A DNA stretch of 64,000 bases from assembly GCA_023379675.1 (NCBI GenBank), contig JAMCPL010000008.1:30720-94719 (forward strand), given 5' to 3'. The DNA comes from Actinomycetota bacterium (GTDB lineage Bacteria > Actinomycetota > Acidimicrobiia > Acidimicrobiales > JAMCPL01). Shown here in pieces: positions 1-9,807 of this stretch (positions within the stretch are counted from its first letter, which is position 1; every line of letters begins with the position of its first letter). The notes under the pieces are model-generated. The model did no database searches and had not been told where the DNA came from. It saw only the letters and a program-made list of their open reading frames with translations. Both the position numbers and the translations under genes were made by a program.

Positions 1-298
1 CTCGCAGGAAGCCATGGAGGAGATTGCGCTCGATATTGCGGAGGGAGCCGATATTGTCATGGTCAAGCCTGCCCTGTCGTATCTTGACATAATCTCACGA
101 ATATCTTCCACCGTGAATGTTCCGGTTGCCGGCTACCATGTAAGCGGCGAATACTCAATGGTAAAAGCTGCCGGGGAACGAGGATGGCTGGATGCCGGAG
201 CTGTGATGATGGAACATCTCGTGTCCATAAAGCGAGCCGGCGCCCGATTTATAATCAGCTATGCAGCCGCCGAGATTGCAGAAATGATCGGACGGTGA
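1..298 (+). CDS. hemB: Porphobilinogen synthase, C-terminal part (5' truncated by window edge)
   Basis: [16 protein letters not shown] and [13 protein letters not shown] motifs; directly upstream of hemL. Confidence 0.95.
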   Translation, partial: SQEAMEEIALDIAEGADIVMVKPALSYLDIISRISSTVNVPVAGYHVSGEYSMVKAAGERGWLDAGAVMMEHLVSIKRAGARFIISYAAAEIAEMIGR

Positions 299-406
299 TG
301 ACAGTGATAATGCCGATAATCGGACAATGATAATGTCGCATACTCCAGCCTGTTGCCGTCCCCGTCACCACATGGGAAAGTGGTGAAGCGATGCTTACAA
401 CTTAAA

Positions 407-1786
407 ATGAACGATCTCAACGATGAGTGGTTCGCGAGAGCCCAGCGAGTGATTCCGGGGGGTGTGGACTCACCAGTACGATCCTTCAGCTCCGTGGGAG
501 GCACCCCCGTAACGGTGGACCACGGCAAGGGAGCATACCTATACGATGTGAATGGCCACCGGTATGTGGACATGATCCAGTCGTATGGTGCAGTAATCCT
601 CGGCCATGCCGATCCCGGTATCACTAGTGCGCTTTACGACGCAATTAGCAAGGGTACGACATTCGGCACCCCCACCAGAGGCGAGGTGCTGCTTGCAGAG
701 GAGATATGCGCAAGAGTACCCGGTTGCGAGCAGGTGCGGTTTGTATCGTCAGGCACTGAGGCTGCAATGAGCGCCATACGTCTGGCAAGGGGAGCCACCG
801 GGAGGGACCGGGTGATCAAGTTCGCAGGTTGCTACCATGGTCACTCGGACGGATTGCTGGCAAAAAGCGGCAGTGGCGTTGCCGTCATGGGGTTGTCCGG
901 GTCGGAGGCAGGGTCGGAGGCAGGGTCGGAGGCAGGGTCGGAGGCAGGGTCGGAGGCAGGGTCGGAGGCAGGGTACCTGCCAGGCTCACTGCCTGGATCT
1001 GCAGGTGTGCCTGTTGCAAGCGTAAGTGACACCATAATATGTCCATACAACCAGGTGCCTTCCCATGATGTGCTGGATGAAAAAGTGGCATGCGTAATAG
1101 TGGAACCAGTTGCGGCCAACATGGGTGTAGTGCTTCCCGCACCGGGTTTCCTGCAAGGTTTGCGTAACGCATGTGATGCCGCTGGTGCCCTGCTCATCTT
1201 CGACGAGGTAATCACCGGCTTCAGGGTGGCTTACAGCAACGCGTCAACCATGTGTGGCGTGATACCGGATATCTACTGCTTCGGCAAGGTCATCGGTGGT
1301 GGACTCCCCCTTGCGGCGTTTGGCGGAAAGGCCGGATTACTGAAGCAGCTTGCACCCGTTGGGCCCGTTTACCAGGCAGGTACACTCTCGGGTAACCCAC
1401 TTGCCACAGCTGCAGGTCTGAGTGTATTGAACCGCCTGGACGAGAATGCGTTTACTACGCTGGCGAGCAAGGTGGAGTCATTCGCCGCAGGACTTCAATC
1501 TGTACTGAGTGATGCAGGGCTGGAGGCTGCCGTCCAACGATACGGTACGCTATGCAGTGTGTTCTTCGGAACAAGCAACACAGTATCTGACTATGATACT
1601 GCCTCAGCTTCAGCCGCCACCGGCATATACAGCAAGTTCTTCCACCATATGCTGGACCGCGGAGTGATGCTCCCGCCTGGTCCGTACGAAGCACTGTTCG
1701 TTGGATTGGCGCACAGCGACGCAGACTTGGACTACGTACTGGAGCAGGCAAGGACTGCTGCGTCAGAGACCGCAATGCGTATTTGA
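407..1786 (+). CDS. hemL: Glutamate-1-semialdehyde 2,1-aminomutase with a (GSEA)6 insertion
   Basis: IPGGVDSPVR, FDEVITGFR, FGKVIGGGLP, YQAGTLSGNP; start taken at ATG 407. Confidence 0.95.
   Translation: MNDLNDEWFARAQRVIPGGVDSPVRSFSSVGGTPVTVDHGKGAYLYDVNGHRYVDMIQSYGAVILGHADPGITSALYDAISKGTTFGTPTRGEVLLAEEICARVPGCEQVRFVSSGTEAAMSAIRLARGATGRDRVIKFAGCYHGHSDGLLAKSGSGVAVMGLSGSEAGSEAGSEAGSEAGSEAGSEAGYLPGSLPGSAGVPVASVSDTIICPYNQVPSHDVLDEKVACVIVEPVAANMGVVLPAPGFLQGLRNACDAAGALLIFDEVITGFRVAYSNASTMCGVIPDIYCFGKVIGGGLPLAAFGGKAGLLKQLAPVGPVYQAGTLSGNPLATAAGLSVLNRLDENAFTTLASKVESFAAGLQSVLSDAGLEAAVQRYGTLCSVFFGTSNTVSDYDTASASAATGIYSKFFHHMLDRGVMLPPGPYEALFVGLAHSDADLDYVLEQARTAASETAMRI
899..970 (+). repeat. In-frame 12-bp tandem repeat GGGTCGGAGGCA x6 within hemL
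   Basis: Six perfect copies read directly; encodes GSEA x6. Confidence 0.97.
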
Positions 1787-1814
1787 TGCATATTTGGCCA
1801 AAGGAACGCCTCGC

Positions 1815-2888
1815 TCAGTAGGGCAGGCAGACCGGCCGCCAGAGTGTGGACATTTTATCCATATCTACTGCACGTACCCTACCCTCCTGAGTAAGCTTGC
1901 GGAGATGCGCCCATAACGAATAGCGCGCCATAGAGTGTAGGGACTCCGGAACATCTCTATATACTGTCATGATCATATCATCTATAGATATACCCTGTCC
2001 GTGACCATCGTTGATACTCTTGCTACCACTGCCGGACACAACCTGTAACCCTCGGTTTGGATGATGCTGCTGGTCGCCGTTGGTGCTCTTGTCCTGATCA
2101 CCGCTCTCGCCAGGATGACGACTTAGCCTCCCATCTTGGTCTCCATCTTGATCCATACTAAGGCGAGTCACCTGAGGTGTCCTGCTCAGGCGACAGAGCG
2201 CTTCCCATACGGCCTCCTCGCGCATCCGGCGATGCTCGATGACGGAGGAGACCATCCTGGCCGGATCGTCCATGCACATACCGTGGCCTGGCAACAGCGC
2301 CCTGACCGGAGGCGTAATCTCCAGCAACAGCCGTAGGCTGTCCATGTATCTGGCCATGTCGCCATCCAGAGGGGCTATAACCACCGTGGAACCCTGCATT
2401 AGATGATCTCCGGTAAAAAGCAGGTCCTCTCCCAACAACATGTAGCACAGATGGTCCGACGAGTGACCCGGCGTGTAAATAGCCCGCAACCCAGCTCCCT
2501 GCACGCTCAGTATGTCCCCGTTCGTCAGCAGCCTGTCAGGTTCGAACCCGGGACTCCGGGTAAATCCGGCTGTCTCTGCGCCGGTAATACGCGCCAATAG
2601 AGCTGCAGCAGGTGCATGATCAAGGTGCTTGTGAGTGACGGCGATCTTGCTTATCCGACCTTCACCTATATCCGCCAGCAAATGCACATGCTCGGCCAAC
2701 TCCGGACCAGGATCCACAACCACCAGCTCATCGCTGCCTATGATATAGCTGTTGGTCCCTGGCCCGGTCATGGCTCCTGGGTTGGGAGCAACCACCCTGG
2801 TCACTCCGGGAAAGAGCTTCGCGGGTTCTCCAGGTATACAAGCTTGATAAGGATCGAAATGCTCGGAATGCACTACGGAAAGCATCAC
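1815..2888 (-). CDS. MBL-fold metallo-hydrolase (LACTB2-like)
   Basis: APNPGAMTGPGTNSY, THKHLDH (HxHxDH), TPGHSSDH, FTGDH, LPGHG. Confidence 0.9.
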   Translation of the reverse strand: MMLSVVHSEHFDPYQACIPGEPAKLFPGVTRVVAPNPGAMTGPGTNSYIIGSDELVVVDPGPELAEHVHLLADIGEGRISKIAVTHKHLDHAPAAALLARITGAETAGFTRSPGFEPDRLLTNGDILSVQGAGLRAIYTPGHSSDHLCYMLLGEDLLFTGDHLMQGSTVVIAPLDGDMARYMDSLRLLLEITPPVRALLPGHGMCMDDPARMVSSVIEHRRMREEAVWEALCRLSRTPQVTRLSMDQDGDQDGRLSRHPGESGDQDKSTNGDQQHHPNRGLQVVSGSGSKSINDGHGQGISIDDMIMTVYRDVPESLHSMARYSLWAHLRKLTQEGRVRAVDMDKMSTLWRPVCLPY

Positions 2889-2975
2889 TCCTCAGTCTAT
2901 CGCCAGTCTGATCGCTGCAATCCTGCGCATCTATCAGGCATCCACATTACAAGCTGAGCGGATATCCAGGCACTA

Positions 2976-4055
2976 TCAGGGAGAAGTGTCTCCGATAAGG
3001 TCACCCAGGTCGCCAGAGAAAAGTTCCAGATCGACTCCGTGATCGACGAGAATCCTCAGCACAACTTCTGCAAACATCTCCGGCTCTGCTATCAGCCACG
3101 TATGGCTGCCCTCCACCACCGTGCTCTGCACGCCAGCCGCACGGCACAAGCCTGTCACGGCACCATGGGGCACAAGCCTGTCACGGTCAGACCACACGAT
3201 GGACACGGGGGTACCCGCTAAGGAAACCCGTTCCAGCTCAGCCATAAGATCAGCCCTGCGCACCACATTGACCATCTTCACCACTTCCGGGAGATTCCTC
3301 AAAAGATTGGGCATAGCTCCCTCTGCCACAGCTGGGAGTACCTTGGCTACTGACGATCCGGCAATCAGGTCCGTACCTAGGTCCTGGCCCCATTCCCACA
3401 AAGGTCTGCGAGCCATCAGCTCGATCTCGCCATCCGCACCACACCGTATAGGGCCACCAACAGGATTACACAAAACGGCCAATCGGACCATTTCGGGAAA
3501 GTCGTGCGCCACCTGGATAGCCACACCGCCGCCAAACGAATGGCCTATAACCGTAACCGGATCCTTCTGGCCCGCGGCATCCAGAAACCGTGCCGCCCAT
3601 TCTGCATAGACCGGAAATGATCTCTCCCCGGCAACAAGCCTGGGCGACCCTCCGAAGCCAGGTTGCGCCGGAGCAAGTACCCGGCACCCGATGCTTGCCA
3701 GTGACGCAATTGCAGACTTATAGGTTCTGTGACTTACTCCCCAGCCATGCAGGAAAAGCACCGGCAGTCCCTCTCCAGCAACAGCGTAGCTGAAAACACC
3801 TTCCACCATCTCGGCCTGCCGCCATGAAATGGCACAGCTGGTCGACTTGGAACTGGCTGCATCATCTGTCCTATCCTCTGCATTACCATCTGAACCGGCT
3901 GAACCGCCCCAAGGCAGGGATAAGCGTGGAAAAGATATGTTAACCGGTAACCTCAGGCCTACCTTGGGTGCGCTTCCCATGGTAAGCATGGTACACCCTG
4001 CAGTTGGCGGTTTCCAGTATCTTGCCGCTCCTGATAGAACTATGCGCCAGACCAA
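2976..4055 (-). CDS. Alpha/beta fold hydrolase (true start probably 3980-3989)
   Basis: FLHGWG oxyanion motif, GHSFG nucleophile elbow, C-terminal His (GSHTW). Confidence 0.85.
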   Translation of the reverse strand: MVWRIVLSGAARYWKPPTAGCTMLTMGSAPKVGLRLPVNISFPRLSLPWGGSAGSDGNAEDRTDDAASSKSTSCAISWRQAEMVEGVFSYAVAGEGLPVLFLHGWGVSHRTYKSAIASLASIGCRVLAPAQPGFGGSPRLVAGERSFPVYAEWAARFLDAAGQKDPVTVIGHSFGGGVAIQVAHDFPEMVRLAVLCNPVGGPIRCGADGEIELMARRPLWEWGQDLGTDLIAGSSVAKVLPAVAEGAMPNLLRNLPEVVKMVNVVRRADLMAELERVSLAGTPVSIVWSDRDRLVPHGAVTGLCRAAGVQSTVVEGSHTWLIAEPEMFAEVVLRILVDHGVDLELFSGDLGDLIGDTSP

Positions 4056-4093
4056 GATTTTGACCTAAATCGTGGTATATTGGATGCCCAGCG

Positions 4094-5107
4094 ATGGAAA
4101 AACCTACCGGCCAGGATGAGACCGAGAACGGCAACGAGTCCGGACGTGATCGGACCAAGCTGCGTCATGCCGGGCGCCACCGCGTGCCCACAGCCCTGAT
4201 TACCTGGAGTGTCATAATTGTCGTTGCCATCGTGGCATTGGCCCTGATCGGCCTGAAGCTGCTGAGTTCGCCAATTGTTATAAAACCTAATCCTTTCCCG
4301 GTCGCTTCGTCATCGACTCTTCGCGAACTAAGTACCGAAGCGCTCTCCACATTGAGTAATACTGGTGGTTACGATACTGCAGGACTTGCCATGCCGGTAT
4401 TGATTCGGTCCGGTAACAACGGGTCCATCCCCAATGGCTATAGTAGTAGGGCTCAGGGGAGCTCTTCTAGCAGGAACTCCACACCGGGAGGCAACGCGGT
4501 ATCGCAGTTGCCTGTTGTGACGTTTGTAGGGAGCGAGTACTGCCCTTACTGTGAAGCCGCCAGCTGGCCGCTGGTACTGGCGTTGAGCAGGTTTGGCACT
4601 TTCAGAAAGTTGGGAATAGCCAGTTCTTCCAGCGCGGAAGCATTCCCAAGCATAAACGGCTTCTCATTTTACCGGCTGGCATACACGAGTAAGTACGTAG
4701 ACTTCACTGGCGTGGAAGAGGCATCTTCCACGCCCTCGAGCAATCCCTACAATGGATTTACAACCATGAACCGTCCGAGCGAATCCCTATCATCGCTTCT
4801 CCAGCGCTATGACAAGCCTCCTTATGTTGCACAGGCCGATGCAGGAGCACTGCCTTTCCTGGATATATCGAACCAGGTAATCGTGGCCGGGCCAATGTTC
4901 TCCGCAGGGCTACTCCAGGCCAAGAGCTACGGCACCATCGCCAATGATATAGCCAGCCCCTCCAAGTCCATTGCTGGGCAAGCAATCATCACCTCGGCCA
5001 ACCTCATCACAGCTGGCCTATGCGCAGTCACCGGAGCAAAGCCGGCCGCTGTGTGCTCATCTCCTGCAATCCAGCAGGCTACCGCGCTGCTCGCCGCAAG
5101 CTCCTAA
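4094..5107 (+). CDS. DUF929-family membrane-anchored protein with a CxxC motif
   Basis: N-terminal TM helix; FVGSEYCPYCEAASWPLVLALSRFGTF and LPFLDI motifs. Confidence 0.8.
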   Translation: MEKPTGQDETENGNESGRDRTKLRHAGRHRVPTALITWSVIIVVAIVALALIGLKLLSSPIVIKPNPFPVASSSTLRELSTEALSTLSNTGGYDTAGLAMPVLIRSGNNGSIPNGYSSRAQGSSSSRNSTPGGNAVSQLPVVTFVGSEYCPYCEAASWPLVLALSRFGTFRKLGIASSSSAEAFPSINGFSFYRLAYTSKYVDFTGVEEASSTPSSNPYNGFTTMNRPSESLSSLLQRYDKPPYVAQADAGALPFLDISNQVIVAGPMFSAGLLQAKSYGTIANDIASPSKSIAGQAIITSANLITAGLCAVTGAKPAAVCSSPAIQQATALLAASS

Positions 5108-5118
5108 CCCTGCGCGCC

Positions 5119-5943
5119 TCATTGCGAGCAGACAGGCCATCGCCAGGAACCTGCTGGCAAGGACACACGCCCGTGCTCCGTGCGCCATTTGGAATAGCTT
5201 TTCGCCCACTCTTCGTGCCACTTGACCTCCGAGGCATGCAACTCATCTATAGACAGGCGTCCAAGGTCGGGGTACTGTTCAGCCTGCGCCATCGCTACGG
5301 CCACCGCAGCGCCGGCATCTCCAGCCGCATCGTGAGCAGAGGGGAGATCGACCCCGTAGTGGCTGCACAGCATCTGAAGAGTGCGCTTACCCTTGCGGAA
5401 CCGGTCAAAGTGCCGGTCTATGACCAGAACATCGACTACCCGCAAGTCCGGCAACATCACACCCGTACCAAACCACTGGCGTGAAACGGCATCAATCATG
5501 GTCAGATCGTAACTGAGATTCATACCCGCAACGACAGCACCGGTAGCTGAGGCAAACCCAAGCGCAGCAATGATATGAGAGATGCCGGACTCGAGCGTCA
5601 CGCCTTCAGAAGCCGCCCGCGCCGTGGTAATCCCATGTATAGCCACTGCCTGGGATGGTATGGGCCTACCGGGGTCAATCAAAAAATGATCTACATTCAC
5701 CGTCCTGCCTCCCTGGACATAAACCAATGCCGCCGAAACAGGAACGTCATCGAAAGGATCGACACCAGTAGTCTCCAGATCGAATCCGAGCAGGCGCCCC
5801 CTTGCCCACGAATCCAGCTGGGAATCCGCAGGATGAGGCTCCTGGCTGGTCCATTCGAATGGTTTCACCCTGACATCCTCCCTAGGGCTAAAGCCCGGGG
5901 ATTGCGCTTGCACTTTGGGGACGGTACTCGACTTCACGGGCAC
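5119..5943 (-). CDS. DEDDh 3'-5' exonuclease (DnaQ-like)
   Basis: ExoI FDLETTG, ExoII NLSYDL, ExoIII HDAAGDA. Confidence 0.9.
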   Translation of the reverse strand: MPVKSSTVPKVQAQSPGFSPREDVRVKPFEWTSQEPHPADSQLDSWARGRLLGFDLETTGVDPFDDVPVSAALVYVQGGRTVNVDHFLIDPGRPIPSQAVAIHGITTARAASEGVTLESGISHIIAALGFASATGAVVAGMNLSYDLTMIDAVSRQWFGTGVMLPDLRVVDVLVIDRHFDRFRKGKRTLQMLCSHYGVDLPSAHDAAGDAGAAVAVAMAQAEQYPDLGRLSIDELHASEVKWHEEWAKSYSKWRTEHGRVSLPAGSWRWPVCSQ

Positions 5944-6441
5944 CTACTCACGCCGACCAATTCGTGTATTTGCCCGTCTCAGATACCGGTGCGAACAATC
6001 CCACAACCACCGGGCCATCAGGTGTCTGGTGTCTTTCGCTGGATTGCGCACACAATCGACAACATGCAAGCACCTGTCCTGCACCATCACGGCAAGTGTA
6101 GCCGCCTTTCCCGAGCTGTGGGCCGTTTAGCACCAGACAACCCAGCCACAGGCCACGCTCCGCTCATTACTGGATATATGCCTCATTATTGGAAGATACT
6201 AACATGCACCTGTAACGCTTACCTGGTATGCCGTATACGCGCAATGCATATACAGGACGGCGGACTTGCCATACAGCCGAGGTAAGCGTTTGGAACGGCA
6301 GATCCGGGGTACATCCAGCGCCGTCAAAGTCATCGATATCACCCAAGATGACACGCGCATACATGCTAAGCGCTGGCTAGACGCATCATATGCCGACATA
6401 CCGTTACCTCGATCCACCTTCACGGGAATGCCGCTATCTGA

Positions 6442-6936
6442 TCACCCCGCCTTATCCAGGTACACCATCCATTCAGGCTCAGGAGTAAAGCGCATCAGCC
6501 ATGCCTCCCGGCCAAGAGGACGGTACGGTACCCTGTGCAGGACCCAGCCCATCTCTTTTACGGTCTTGGCGCCTTTCTTGCCATTGCATCTGGTACAGGC
6601 CGCCACGACATTCTCCCAGGAATGACTACCGCCATTGCACCGCGGTATCACATGGTCGGTGGTGGTGGCCGGCTTTCCGCAGTAGGCACAGACATGATGA
6701 TCTCGAGCCAGAACGTTACGAGTGGTCAATGCCACTGAACGGCCGTACGGCACGACTACGTAACGCATCAGGCGTATGACGGACGGCACGACTACGCTGA
6801 CGCTTGGACTATTGAAGACTGCAGTCGATTCACAAACCGTTTCAGCCTTACCACCAAACAGCAGCGATAGGGCTCTTTGGGGTGATACGACGCTCAGTGG
6901 CTCGTAGCTGGCATTCAACAACAGTACTCGGCTCAT
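6442..6936 (-). CDS. HNH endonuclease (widespread 'VLLLNASYEPL' family)
   Basis: RDHHVCAYCG, TTDHVIPR, WENVVAACTRCNGKKG. Confidence 0.92.
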   Translation of the reverse strand: MSRVLLLNASYEPLSVVSPQRALSLLFGGKAETVCESTAVFNSPSVSVVVPSVIRLMRYVVVPYGRSVALTTRNVLARDHHVCAYCGKPATTTDHVIPRCNGGSHSWENVVAACTRCNGKKGAKTVKEMGWVLHRVPYRPLGREAWLMRFTPEPEWMVYLDKAG

Positions 6937-7225
6937 AATCCTACCACTTTACTCTACTCGCTCCAGCGGTAGGACTTCAAGTACGGTAATGTACCCGAAA
7001 CTCGACGATAGTCTTTCACACAAGCCTGTCTCGCCACCTGCACTTTGCAGCTGTAACCTACAGTCCAGCAAATCCGTATAACTTGCGAGAATCCAGCACG
7101 CCCGCAGAACTGATACCATTACTGCCTCAATTACTGCCTCAATGAGTTGTAACTGAACTGGGGGTGCGATTTCCCGATATCAGGCAGCCATTAAATTGTG
7201 AATCCAAGTTATTTTAGCCTACCGG

Positions 7226-7254
7226 TTGCCAAGCCGTCGTGAGCGCGCTATAAT
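7226..7254 (+). promoter_or_regulatory. Sigma70-type promoter of groESL
   Basis: -35 TTGCCA (7226-7231), 17-bp spacer, -10 TATAAT (7249-7254). Confidence 0.85.
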
Positions 7255-7280
7255 TAGCACTCACAAGGCAAGAGTGCTAG
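7254..7280 (+). promoter_or_regulatory. CIRCE element (HrcA operator)
   Basis: TTAGCACTC-N9-GAGTGCTAG, one mismatch to consensus, overlapping the -10 box upstream of groES. Confidence 0.95.
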
Positions 7281-7533
7281 GTATCAGGTACCATGTATCA
7301 GGTATCAATGAGTATCGGGCAATGAGCATGCCGAGCAGTCTTGCAGGTATGTTGGACATGCGACATGCGGTACTCTTGTCCTTGCTGTAGAAAGCCCGTG
7401 CTGGGTGAGGCGGCATTGCAGTAGTGCAGGGTTGCAGGTATGTCCTGTCCTGGCCGGGCAGTGCAAAGATGCCCACGACGGGCAGTGCAGGTAGTAGGTA
7501 ATTGATAGCTAACAGACAGGAGGCTCAACAGAC

Positions 7534-7827
7534 ATGAAACTTCAGCCACTCGAGGACAGGATAGTAGTCCGCCCGGGAGAGTCGGAGGAGACCACGGCAT
7601 CCGGCCTTGTCATCCCTGACACGGCAAAAGAGAAGCCGCAGCAAGGAGAGGTGATAGCCGTAGGCCCGGGGCGGCGGGCAGAGCACACCGGAGAGCTTGT
7701 ACCGGTAGGTGTATCGGTGGGCGATACGGTTGTGTATTCAAAGTACGGTGGCACCGAGATCACTGTGGATGGTGAGGATCTCCTCATCCTTTCCAGTAGG
7801 GATGTACTGGCCATAGTAGTCAAGTAG
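7534..7827 (+). CDS. groES: Co-chaperonin GroES
   Basis: [47 protein letters not shown]. Confidence 0.98.
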   Translation: MKLQPLEDRIVVRPGESEETTASGLVIPDTAKEKPQQGEVIAVGPGRRAEHTGELVPVGVSVGDTVVYSKYGGTEITVDGEDLLILSSRDVLAIVVK

Positions 7828-8056
7828 CTGCTTCCTTGCAGTACAGTAGATGCACTGCAAGTACTGTAAGGACAGGTCTCTCACATTTCCTGGCCAGCAG
7901 GGACGTGTCGTCGTAGTGGTCAAGTGGTCGCACGTTTCACGTTCAGGCAGGATGAGGCAGGATATCAGGTAGGACATAGCGTAACAGAGCACATACAAGC
8001 AACAGTACGCAGACATTAAAGACACAAATATAGATACAAGGATAGAAGGACATACA

Positions 8057-9664
8057 ATGCCGAAGATACTTCATTATGATGCCCAGGCGCGTAGAGGCCT
8101 GGAAGCCGGGGTCGACAAGCTTGCCAATGTAGTGCGAGTGACCCTGGGTCCCAAGGGCCGCAATGTGGTGATAGACAAGAAGTGGGGCGCACCTACCATC
8201 ACCAACGACGGCGTAACCATCGCCCGTGAGGTGGAGTTGGAGGACCCCTTCGAGAACATGGGAGCCCAGCTGGTCAAAGAAGTGGCGACCAAGACCAACG
8301 ATGTTGCAGGTGATGGTACCACGACCGCCACAGTACTGGCTCAGGCGCTCATCCACGAGGGACTGCGCAATGTGACCGCCGGTGCCAACCCGATGGCGCT
8401 GAAGCGGGGCATCGACAAGGCTGTGGCGTCGGTGGTGGAGTCGATCCGTGGGCAATCCCACGAAATATCGTCCAAGGAGGAAATCGCCCAGGTGGCATCC
8501 ATCTCCGCTGCTGACAACTCCATTGGAGAGATACTGGCGGATGCCATAGACCGGGTGGGCAAGGACGGCACCGTCACGGTCGAGGAGTCCAACACGTTTG
8601 GTCTTGAACTCGACTTCACAGAAGGGATGCAGTTCGACAAGGGATACCTGTCGCCCTACTTCGTGACCGATCCCGAACGCCAGGAGGCCGTGCTCGAGGA
8701 TGCCTATATCCTTATAGTCAACTCGAAAATCAGCTCCATACACGATCTGCTCCCGATACTGGAGAAGGTCATGCAATCCGGCAAGCCGTTGCTCGTCATA
8801 GCGGAGGATGTCGAAGGAGAGGCGCTGGCCACCCTGGTGGTCAACAGGGTTAGGGGCATATTCACTTCGGTATCCGTCAAGGCTCCCGGTTTCGGCGAGC
8901 GTCGTAAGGCAATGCTGCAGGACATAGCCGTGCTGACTGGCGGGCAGGTGATATCAGAGGAGATTGGGCTGAAGCTGGAAGGTGTCACCCTTGACCTTCT
9001 TGGTAGGGCAAGGAGAGTGGTGGTCACCAAGGACGACACGACCGTGGTGGACGGTGCCGGTTCCGAGGAGGACATCAAGGGTAGGATCGCCCAGATCAAG
9101 CGGGAGATAGAGGAGACCGATTCCGATTGGGATCGTGAGAAGCTCCAGGAGCGCTTGGCCAAGCTTTCCGGCGGTGTTGCCGTGGTACGCGTGGGTGCTG
9201 CCACCGAAGTGGAACTCAAGGAGAAGAAACACCGCATAGAAGATGCGCTCTCCGCCACCAGAGCCGCAATCGAGGAGGGCGTAGTTGCAGGCGGTGGCAC
9301 GGCCCTTGTACGTGCCATGGGCGATGTTCGGAAGCTGGTGTCGTCGCTGCAGGACGATGAGGCGACCGGGGCTTCCATCGTTGCCCGTTGCCTGGCTGAG
9401 CCGCTCAAGTGGATTGCCGCTAATGCAGGGATGGAGGGCGCGGTGATGGCCCAGCATGTGGAATCGGAATCCGGGTCGACCGGCCTCAATGCCGCGAGCG
9501 GCGTGATCGAGGACTTGATGAAGGTCGGTATCATCGACCCGGCGAAAGTGACTCGTTCCGCACTGCAGAATGCCGCATCCGTAGCAGGGTTGCTGCTCAC
9601 CACCGAAGTGCTTGTGGCTGACAAGCCTGAGCAGAAAGACACCGCTACGCCTGGAGCAGCCTGA
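8057..9664 (+). CDS. groEL: Chaperonin GroEL
   Basis: [36 protein letters not shown]. Confidence 0.98.
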   Translation: MPKILHYDAQARRGLEAGVDKLANVVRVTLGPKGRNVVIDKKWGAPTITNDGVTIAREVELEDPFENMGAQLVKEVATKTNDVAGDGTTTATVLAQALIHEGLRNVTAGANPMALKRGIDKAVASVVESIRGQSHEISSKEEIAQVASISAADNSIGEILADAIDRVGKDGTVTVEESNTFGLELDFTEGMQFDKGYLSPYFVTDPERQEAVLEDAYILIVNSKISSIHDLLPILEKVMQSGKPLLVIAEDVEGEALATLVVNRVRGIFTSVSVKAPGFGERRKAMLQDIAVLTGGQVISEEIGLKLEGVTLDLLGRARRVVVTKDDTTVVDGAGSEEDIKGRIAQIKREIEETDSDWDREKLQERLAKLSGGVAVVRVGAATEVELKEKKHRIEDALSATRAAIEEGVVAGGGTALVRAMGDVRKLVSSLQDDEATGASIVARCLAEPLKWIAANAGMEGAVMAQHVESESGSTGLNAASGVIEDLMKVGIIDPAKVTRSALQNAASVAGLLLTTEVLVADKPEQKDTATPGAA

Positions 9665-9680
9665 GGAGTGCTGTAGGACC

Positions 9681-9786
9681 GTGTGCTGCCTGCGAGCAGG
9701 TGCAGCCGTTGGCCCGCGTGGCGGGTCCGGCGATAGAGCTGGTCAGGGTTACCGGTGTGCTGCCTGCAAGCAGGTGCAGCCGTTGG
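9681..9786. repeat. Two 32-bp palindrome-containing direct repeats between convergent genes
   Basis: GTGTGCTGCCTGC(G/A)AGCAGGTGCAGCCGTTGG at 9681-9712 and 9755-9786, one mismatch, 42-bp spacer. Confidence 0.9.
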
Positions 9787-9807
9787 AGCTCGCTCGTGGT
9801 GCAACAG

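Noticed and set aside
5944..6936. IscB/HEARO-type RNA-guided system (HNH + structured RNA)
   Set aside because: The HNH protein is 164 aa with no PLMP or RuvC motifs and belongs to a common stand-alone family; no transposon ends were seen.
9681..9786. CRISPR array
   Set aside because: Only two repeats, no cas genes in the window, no AT-rich leader, and it sits at a convergent gene junction. Kept only as a REP/terminator-like repeat.
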